Shown here: piece by piece, positions 51,701 to 61,700 of the stretch
Layout of the letters: each line of letters opens with the position of its first letter
Numbering within the stretch: position 1 is the first letter of the stretch
Assembly: GCF_001194135.2 (NCBI RefSeq)
Contig: NC_068995.1
Coordinates: forward strand, 32,889,974-32,953,973
Length of the DNA stretch: 64,000 nucleotides
Reading direction: 5' to 3'
Origin: Octopus bimaculoides
Lineage: Eukaryota
Notes under the pieces: model-generated
Database searches by the model: none
What the model saw: the letters and a program-made list of their open reading frames with translations, nothing else
Told to the model about the DNA's origin: nothing
Made by a program: the position numbers and the translations under genes

Positions 51701-54700
51701 AACTAGTGAATTTTAAAGCTAATAAAAATATTTCTACTCAGACACCTATTCTAAGGATCCCACCTAGCCCTCCAACTAAAAAAGCTAATTCACACTTGCC
51801 TAAACCCCCAAACCACCTTAAGAATTCTTCTAACATAACTATTACTAGTTATACCAATGATTCTAAATCACCAAAGCGTTTTGAAAAATTACGAAAGACA
51901 ATCGTTAATTTAAAAAAATTGCTTCCCAGTGGAAAATCTCAGAGAAAAACTGGAAAAAGCACATTTATCAGTGTTGATAGAAGTCCTAAGTTTTTTTCTT
52001 CAAATCCTGGCCGATCAGTTGCAAAGACTGGTACTTCAGGAACACAAACTGATACACCAATTTATTATGAACCCACTCTCCAACCAGTACATGTTACTAA
52101 GTCTGATGAACTCTCTCTCTCTGTAAATTTTTCAGAGCACCTGTCTGATTACTCTGAGAAATACCCTGGTTCCATTATAGATCACCTTAAACAGCCAAAT
52201 CTTTCTGAGACCTTGGACATTTGTAGTTCTTCTGGAGCAACTTCAGGTTCTATAGAAAGATTCTTGACTCCATATCAAGAAGAAAATGAGCAAGCACCTG
52301 TTGGTTTTGATGAAGTTGACTTCATGCCAACTCTTTCACAGGCAAATAAGATCATTGCTACTGTACATTATGGAGAAACATATCGGAGCTGTATCAAATT
52401 GCCAGATAAACATGACAAAGATATTAAATTCATACACATAGACCCTGAAAGACACATCAATTTTATTGAGCGTCGCATTTCTGTTGAACCTGAAAGTAGC
52501 CATTCAGAGGACTCTGTGGATGCTAAAAAATATTTCTCAAAATCACCTGAGGAAACTTCTAGTGAAAGCAGTGATGAGTTATTCTGGAAGTCGTATAGCA
52601 AAGCCAAAAAGGATAAAACCCTCACAGATTCAAAACTTTTACAGCTACAAAGTGTCCTCAAGAGCCATAGTTCTTTTACAGATGATGGTCTGAAGAAAAT
52701 ATTTGTAGATTTTGATTTGCCACTTCCAGGTCCAATCACTTCAGCTACTCGGGGAATGTACATCAATCGCCTGAAGGCTATTGCAAATGGAACTCCATCT
52801 CCTAAGGTTTTACCCTCCCCAGGTAAGGTGTCTCTAGAGACATTCAACCATCTAACTTGTCCATTTTGTCTTTTTCTTTGCCCCCTTCTGGCTGTTCACA
52901 CATTATGAAGATGAAACAGTTTTCATCTGCTTCTTCATAAAATCCTTGTCTTTCAATAATGATTTTGTAAGGCAAAATAAGATCATCCCAATGTTTAGGC
53001 AAGTGATATTACATCACATTCAGTTTCTACTCTATGTTACTCCATATTATCTTTTCATTAAATTAGTTACTTTGCTAAATGAATCATGGATTAAATCATC
53101 TATTTTGGTGTGGATAATGTTTAGCTTAGTTTGGTACTTTTTACACATCAAACTCTTCCCATAGGTTTATATTATGTGCCCCCCCCCCCAAATGTTTTAA
53201 CATTTAGAATAGCTAATAACTAAACTTTCAACCACACACACTTTGAAATTTTACTGAGCTTATTATTCTAGCAAAATATCACTGTATCAATTTGCTCTGT
53301 TGTATTAGAGATTATGCAAGAAAAATTTGGTGTAATTCTTGTGTGATAGTTTATTCATATTTGTTTTACAAGCAAAAGGAATTAAATGCTGAAGGTACTC
53401 ATGTAATTATACTACTATTTAAATAACATATTATACAAGTTTAATTCTCATATTTGTTTAACATGTCTCAGTACTTTGAAAAATTATAAAAATGCTGCTC
53501 TTTAAGATGTTAGCTCTCTCACCCTCTCCAAGAAAAATCAACCCAAAACTTTAATTAATTAATTTCTTTTCTACATTGAATAATGATTTTTGTTTGTAGT
53601 ATATTTTTTTTCACTCTGGAGAGAAGGTAGTCCCTATTACAGGCCTCTGACTTGCTATTTTCGGAAAGCCTAAAAGTTCTTGAAAAAACTTTAAAATTAT
53701 ATCTATGTTCAAAGGTACAGGAATGACTGGCTAAGATTTCTTTTCAAGCACACTGTACATGTGTGTGTGTGCGTGTGTATATATAAAGGAAACTATTCAG
53801 TTTTCTGTTGTTCTCTGAGTGGTTGGCGTTAGGAAGGGCATCCAGCTGTAGAAACTCTGCCAAATTAGATTGGAGCCTGGTGTTGCCATCCGGTTTCACC
53901 AGTCCTCAGTCAAATCGTCCAACCCATGCTAGCATGGAAAGCGGACGTTAAACGATGATGATGATGATGATGATGATGATGTGTATGTGAATATATATAT
54001 ATATATATTCCTCCACATTAGGTAGGGTATCGAGCAGTAGAAACCAACCCAAATCAGATTGGAATCTGGTGCAGTTCTCTGGCTTGCCAGATCTGAACAG
54101 ACATTAAAAGATGGCGATCATATNNNNNNNNNNNNNNNNNNNNNNTATATATATATATATATATATGATCGCCATCTTTTAATGTCTGTTCAGATCTGGC
54201 AATCCAGAGAACTGCACCAGATTCCAATCTGATTTGGGTTGGTTTCTACTGCTCGGTGCCCTACCTAATGTGGAGGAATATATATATATATATATATATA
54301 TATTCACATACACATATACAACAGAAAACTGAATAGTTTCCTTTGACCAAATTCCATTCACAGTATAAGGTGCTTCCCCCGTATTCTACTCAATGAGAAT
54401 GAGCCAGAAAACATGATTGCAAAATGGACTTCTTATCCCTACAGCCTGTGACTATGAACATGCATATAATTTTATAAATTTGTTAAAAGCATGTAGTGTT
54501 TCTTAAAATAGCAAGTCTTGTAGTTTGAGTTACAGTAATACATTCAATGGTGATTTTGTAATAGAAAGTCCAGGCATATCATAAAGTAGTTCTGCATATA
54601 TAATTCTTTATTATTACCTATAATGCCCATCTTTGATCTTTTATTGCCAGATTATCCTGTCACTCTGCGTCAAGCTATGAGGGAGCTACCCAACTGGACA

Positions 54701-55735
54701 GAAACTGTTGAGATGGAGCAGAAGATGGTTGTGAAGTTTGAAAATTCCAAATATAGTCAGAAACGCAAAGGTGGAAATTTGAAGCATTTTTTCACATATC
54801 TGCTTCTGGACCCTCGAGTAACCAAGAATCTCCCACTTCAAGCATCTAAAATTGGTGAGCTATGTTAATGTGGAATTCCTACTGTATAAGGAAGGAAGTT
54901 CTGAAAGTTTAGTTGCTAGAATAAGAATAGAATGGAGGGAGTTCAAGTAGTTATTACTTTTCTTGGTAACAAGAGGTTTCTCACTCAGAGTGAAAGGTCA
55001 ATTGAATGATGCTTGTGTATGAACAGCAATGCTACATGGGAGTGAGACATGGGCCTCAAATGCAGAGGACATGTGAAAACTAGAAAGAGTGAAGCTAGTA
55101 TTCTGCATTGAATGCACAACACCAGTATGCATGTTGTGTCTATGACGAAATGCAAATATGTTGAGTAAAATTAGGTATAAGAGGAATCAGATGTAGTATA
55201 CAACAGAGAAGAGTGTGCTAGTTTGGTCATGTGATGTGTATGGATGTGGATATCTGTATGAAGAAGTGCCGATTACTTTAAAGTGGATGGAACTTGTGGA
55301 CAAGAGAGAACCAGGAAAACATGGATGAAGTAATGAAGGTTGATCTTAAGATGTTAAGCTTCGTGGAGGAGATAACAAAGGACTGAGATGATTGGTGATT
55401 TACTGTGCTTGAGAATGCCAACTACAGTTGGTGTGAAGTTGGCTGATGAAGAACTACATTACACATGGTATCCAGCCATGTACAACTACTTCTTCCTCTC
55501 TGAGCAAGTTGGCTTGCTGGGTTGGTCTGCAGTTTCCTAGCCGCTGACTTGACTGTTAGATCTGTGTTGGTGTCAGGGGGCCATGTTTTGCAACATAAGC
55601 ATTACAGAGTAATCTGAATGCTAAGGGATTAAGACTGTTTCCTTCACCTATACTTCCATTCTTCACTTCCACCTCTTGAATCAACAATTATCCTCCCCTA
55701 CCACTATATGTCTCACACACACCTCATGTACTATG

Positions 55736-55775
<40 letters not shown>

Positions 55776-58700
55776 TGTTTATCGTTTCATCATTGCTATT
55801 CTGATGTTCAGCACTGTCAGTCATCTCCTACCCCACTTCTCCATTGCTAGATTTACTCGATCACTCCAACCCTCACTTCTAAAATGTGAGTAGGCATGTA
55901 GCTTTTCTACAGAAATAAACCTGTTCTGCTCTTGCCCCTCCTCTCATAATTTTACTCATCCTTGGCCCTTTATCTCCTAGCATAAAGTTGCTCCCCTTCA
56001 GGTTTGTTGTTTTGCAAACTGCATGATGGCTTCACTGTTCCTACTCAATACATACTATAAAATGGTTGGTGTTTGGAAGAGCATGCAGCTGTAGTAGCCA
56101 TCCCAGACACTGAAGCATGATACAGTTCCTGAGCCAATCAGATTTTGTTAACCCACCCAACTTATATCAGCATGGAATATAAATGTTAAATGATGATGAT
56201 GTTAATAATGACATAAATGTGTGTTTGTGTGTAAATGTGTGTGTGTTTGTGTGTAAAAGTGTATGTGGGTATTGCATGTTTATGTCTCCTTACTTTGGCA
56301 TTTGTATGACTGTTATAAACGAGTGTTACTGTCATGCAAGCAATGTCATTTCATTTTCAGTATTCTATGACAACATAGCTCGCCATAGGAAAAAAAGTTA
56401 CCTTGCTTCAAAGCAGGTGAGGGTTGGTAACAGGAAGTGCGTCAAGCTGTAGAAAATCTACCTTAATAAACTCTGTCCAATTCATGCAAGCATGGAAAAG
56501 TAAACACTAAATGACGATGATGATGATGATATAATTTTCCTTTCCAACACTGATTAATTATTAGGTGAAATATTTTTTGTGAATGACAGACTGAGAGGAG
56601 GAGGAGGGTGCATCAGTTTTTTGTGGTCATCATCATCATCAGCGTTTAACGTCCGCTTTCCATGCTAGCATGGGTTGGACGATTTGACTGAGGACTGGTG
56701 AACCAGATGGCTACACCAGGCTCCAATCTGATTTGGCAGAGTTTCTACAGCTGGATGCCCTTCCTAACGCCAACCACTCCGAGAGTGTAGTAGGTGCTTT
56801 TATGTGCCACTGGCACGAAGGCGAGTCACACGGTACTGGCAATGGCCACGCTCAAAATGGTGTACTTTACGTGCCACCTGCACAGGAGCCAGTCCAGCGG
56901 CACTGGCAACGATCTCGCTCGAATGTCTTACACGTGCCACCGGCACAAGTGCCAGGAAGGCGACGCTGGGCACAGGTGCCATCACGATTTCGCTTTCGCT
57001 TGCCTCAACAGGTCTTCGCAAGCCGAGTTTCATGTCCAATGAAGGAGATAACATTGACATGCCTGAATCAGATGATCTTTCTCAATTTTGGACATAGTGC
57101 TGATTATGGCAGACTTGAAAGTTTGTATGATGTAATGGGGTTGTTGATTGACCTTTCTCTCAAATGTGCCCCAGTGGATTGAGGTCTGGTGAGCTGGGAG
57201 AACATGATCATGGAGATTGGTACATATCCACACTTGGGTTGTTCTAGCCTTATGAGATGGCAGGGTCTTGTTAGAAGATGTACAGCCCTTTGTTGCGTAC
57301 TTTGTCTATCCAGGGCATCACAACTTTCTCCAATACTTCTCTGTAAACAGTGGCATTGATTGTTAAGCTCTGTGACAAAAGTGAGGAGGCATGACATTTC
57401 CCTTGTTACTGACGACTTCCAGAACCATTGAAGTTGCTGAGAACTTAGTATGTATGACAGTTGGAATCTCATTTGTGTCTCTGCATAACCATCTGTCATT
57501 CCTTAAGGTTTACATTTTGGTTCTGATCAGTTTTTTTTTCATTGGAGAAAAGCCAAAGCATTCTAGCCTTTTAGTGTTTTAACTTGTTTAGGAAACACCT
57601 TGCATGGATTGAATGATTTTTTTCTCTTGACATAAACTGGCCCCTCTGTATCACTTATGGCTTGTACTTGATGTCCTTGTGCACAACTCATTTGATGGTA
57701 CATTCTGAAACCTTGAGATCTTTTGCAATGGCTCCGATTGACCTTACGGGGATTTTATCAATTATTTCTTGGGACTTTTTGTATGAAGTTCAGTGTTCTG
57801 ATGGTATTAGGACCCTGTATGTGCATTTTGTGTTTAGCAGCTTCCATCTCCTTTTGAACTTTGCTAATGAAGGATTGTGTAACTTTCAGGAAGCTAGCTA
57901 TCTCTGTAACACTATGCTACAGTGATTACAGTGTGCTTTTTCACTTGCTGAGTCAACCTGATGTCTGACATTATTTATCTGAAAAGTATGGTAAAAAAAA
58001 TAAGTTAGAAGGAAGTTAGAGTTCTTGAAACTGACACACCCTGTAAACTTGCTTGTTTATTTTTTATTTTAATTTTATTTTTTTTGTTTTCAGGAGATAA
58101 ATCTGAACTGTTCCGTAACTTTGTACATGCCATATTCTATGTTGGCAAAGGTACACGTGATCGTCCTTACAGTCACTTGTATGATGCTATGAAACGTCTC
58201 AACAGCAAGGAAACTAAGGTAAGCTACTCTCTCTCCTTCCTATAGCATTGCTTTCTTATATTGGAACTAAGCAGGAGAAGAAGGGAAATGAAATGTTGCT
58301 GTGTCTGCCCATGTCTTGGTAGTATATTCAGCTGAATCAATGACCCCATATTGCTGCTAATTTATTGACTACACAGAATATAGCCAACCTCAGTTGAGAT
58401 TTGAAATTAGAGTTGGGAGAGCCAGAACTAAATACTGTAGAGTACCTCAGTTCATTGTTCTACTTTTCTTTGCTGTCTTTGACATCTCTTGACTTCCTCT
58501 AATAAAATATAATGAAATAATAATTTCAAGCAACAGAAATGGAGGGATTTGTTTGATTTCCTTTATCACACTGAACCACACTTGCAATTATAATTTCATG
58601 TATCTCATCCGTTCATCCAATCCTTTTCAGCAGAAGGAACAGCATTTACACATCTGCTGTGGAGGATGGGTCTTCTTGAGTGCAGCAAGATGCCTCCATA

Positions 58701-61700
58701 CATAATTATTACCTCCGCCAAGGAAGGAGGTTATGTTTTTGCTGGTGTTGGTTTGGGAAATTGGTTGATTTTCAGCATGCGTGTAAAAGGGTGGAAATGA
58801 CATGCTTGGGAGAGGTCTGCACTCTCCAAGTGTTTTTCTAGTTGAATTAGGTTTTCCCCTCCCATCTCAAAAGATTTGGTTTTTACCACATTTTTGTTCA
58901 GAACTGGAGTACTTGTTACATTAAGATGAAATGTTTTATGTTTAGTTCTATTTTTGTTTTTTTTTTNNNNNNNNNNNNNNNNNNNNNNNNNNNNNNNNNN
59001 NNNNNNNNNNNNNNNNNNNNNNNNNNNNNNNNNNNNNNNNNNNNNNNNNNNNNNNNNNNNNNNNNNNNNNNNNNNNNNNNNNNNNNNNNNNNNNNNNNNN
59101 NNNNNNNNNNNNNNNNNNNNNNNNNNNNNNNNNNNNNNNNNNNNNNNNNNNNNNNNNNNNNNNNNNNNNNNNNNNNNNNNNNNNNNNNNNNNNNNNNNNN
59201 NNNNNNNNNNNNNNNNNNNNNNNNNNNNNNNNNNNNNNNNNNNNNNNNNNNNNNNNNNNNNNNNNNNNNNNNNNNNNNNNNNNNNNNNNNNNNNNNNNNN
59301 NNNNNNNNNNNNNNNNNNNNNNNNNNNNNNNNNNNNNNNNNNNNNNNNNNNNNNNNNNNNNNNNNNNNNNNNNNNNNNNNNNNNNNNNNNNNNNNNNNNN
59401 NNNNNNNNNNNNNNNNNNNNNNNNNNNNNNNNNNNNNNNNNNNNNNNNNNNNNNNNNNNNNNNNNNNNNNNNNNNNNNNNNNNNNNNNNNNNNNNNNNNN
59501 NNNNNNNNNNNNNNNNNNNNNNNNNNNNNNNNNNNNNNNNNNNNNNNNNNNNNNNNNNNNNNNNNNNNNNNNNNNNNNNNNNNNNNNNNNNNNNNNNNNN
59601 NNNNNNNNNNNNNNNNNNNNNNNNNNNNNNNNNNNNNNNNNNNNNNNNNNNNNNNNTATAGAACTACATTCAGCGTATGTCTAAGCTATTGTGTTTAGAC
59701 CTGGTTTCTATCCTCAAACTGTTCAGTTTTGTAGATGCAATTTTTTTTTTTATAAAGCACTCCAAAATTAGAAAAATCAAAAATCTGCAACAATCTCGGT
59801 ACCATGAGTATCGGATAATGGATTTTCAACAGTGTAAAGAAACTGATTGTGGTGATCATAGTTTTGACGGTGATTGTGGTGAAAGCAGAGACAGTGTTGA
59901 TGATGACGATGATCGAGATAAGTATGGGAGGAGGTTATGTTTTTGCTGGTGTTGGTTTGGGAAATTGGTTGATTTTCAGCATGCGTGTAAAAGGGTGGAA
60001 ATGACATGCTTGGGAGAGGTCTGCACTCTCCAAGTGTTTTTCTAGTTGAATTAGGTTTTCCCCTCCCATCTCAAAAGATTTGGTTTTTACCACATTTTTG
60101 TTCAGAACTGGAGTACTTGTTACATTAAGATGAAATGTTTTATGTTTAGTTCTATTTTTGTTTTTTTTTTCAGAATGATGAAAAGTTATCACACATTATT
60201 GACATTTGGAATGATGAACGAGGAGTGATATCCCTCCATTGTTTTCAAGGAGTTACTTCTGAGGAAGCACACTCTAGAGAAGCTTGCATTTTAGATGTTA
60301 TTGGTAATGCTAAACACCATTATTTATATATTTATTTATATTTTCTTTTCTGATCTGAACAGATCAAGAATGCTGCATAATTGCTGGGTAGAATAGTACA
60401 ATTCTAACTAATTTATTTGAAATAGAAGAGGGTTTAGGGAGCAAGGGTTGTGCTAGATTGATGCTGACTGGGTCACCTTGGCAGTTATTTGAAATTCTTA
60501 TGAGATTGGAAACTAGGATGGTTGGAGTAAGACAGCAGATGAATTATGATTGGATATTCTGTGTGTATGTTAAAGATATGGGAAGCTGCCTGGTGCAGAT
60601 AGTAGCACAAGTCATGAAACAAGAATGATGATGTAAGTAGAAGTGAGCTGAAATAGATTGAAGTGCATGGTGGAAGAGTGAACCATAAGCCTTTAGAATT
60701 TAAACTGGCTGTATTTGGCTCAAATAGTCTACCTGTTTAGGTTCAAACTGGCCAGCTCCAGCCTCTCACACCAACCTTACAATGTCATTTTAAAAATAAA
60801 CAAACTTCAAAACAACTTCAAAATCTTAAAGATAATACAGATTAATTTTTAAAAATATGGATAACATTTGATAAATTAACTTGAATACCAAAAAGTTAAC
60901 ACAGAACCACTCTTAGGAAAGAAACTGGAATACAGTGTAGCCTGATGAGCAAAAATGGGTTTCAAACAGAGGAGGAGAAATTTAAACTTCAGAATGGCAA
61001 TAATGAACATCTTGTATGTTAGAAGGTTGGGACTAATGTCTGAATCCCTAGAGATGTTTACATATAGGAGGGATGATTATTTAGTAGTTAGAATTTCATT
61101 CTTTGTTTGGTGTGCTTTTATGAAAATGAAAAGTGAGTGCTTGGTGGAGGGAGAGAAGAAAAATTAAGTATCATGGGTTATATAGTTAACCTCTATGCCA
61201 ACTTCCATCAGTAAACTATTTAGAAGTTAGTGGTTCTTTGCTCACTACTAGAGAACCTGTGTTTGCTGAAGAAGGGCACCATCAAGCTTCTGTATTATTT
61301 GATGTGTGTTGATGTTGAGAAAAATTTTTTTTCTCTAATATTCCTTAAGAATCAGTGACAATACACAAAGGAAAAAATCAAATAGAATACAGTGTCAAGA
61401 TTTTCCCTCAATTTAGGTATCTGGTCTAAAAGCTTGTAACAGAGGGAACTTTGTAATGATATACAAAAGTTAAGAGTTGATGTGTATGTGTGTGCATACA
61501 GATATGCATGTGGGTATCCAAATTAACAGAATGCATTATGTTTATTGTAGCATAGGCACTCAAAAGGTTGTCTTGCTGTACTTTCTTACTGTTGAGCAGC
61601 CAAATTCTATGAGAAAGTGAGCTGACGGTAAAAAGGAAAAAAAAAAGCCAGGATAAAAAGGGGTTAGATTTGAAAGTGGTGCAATCTTGAAAATGTTTAG

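Noticed and set aside
47432-52847. Alternative-frame and antisense ORFs inside the giant exon (e.g. 50057-50485 +, 52368-52847 -, 48172-48480 -)
   Set aside because: Expected shadows of a long coding exon; no independent motifs or splice support.
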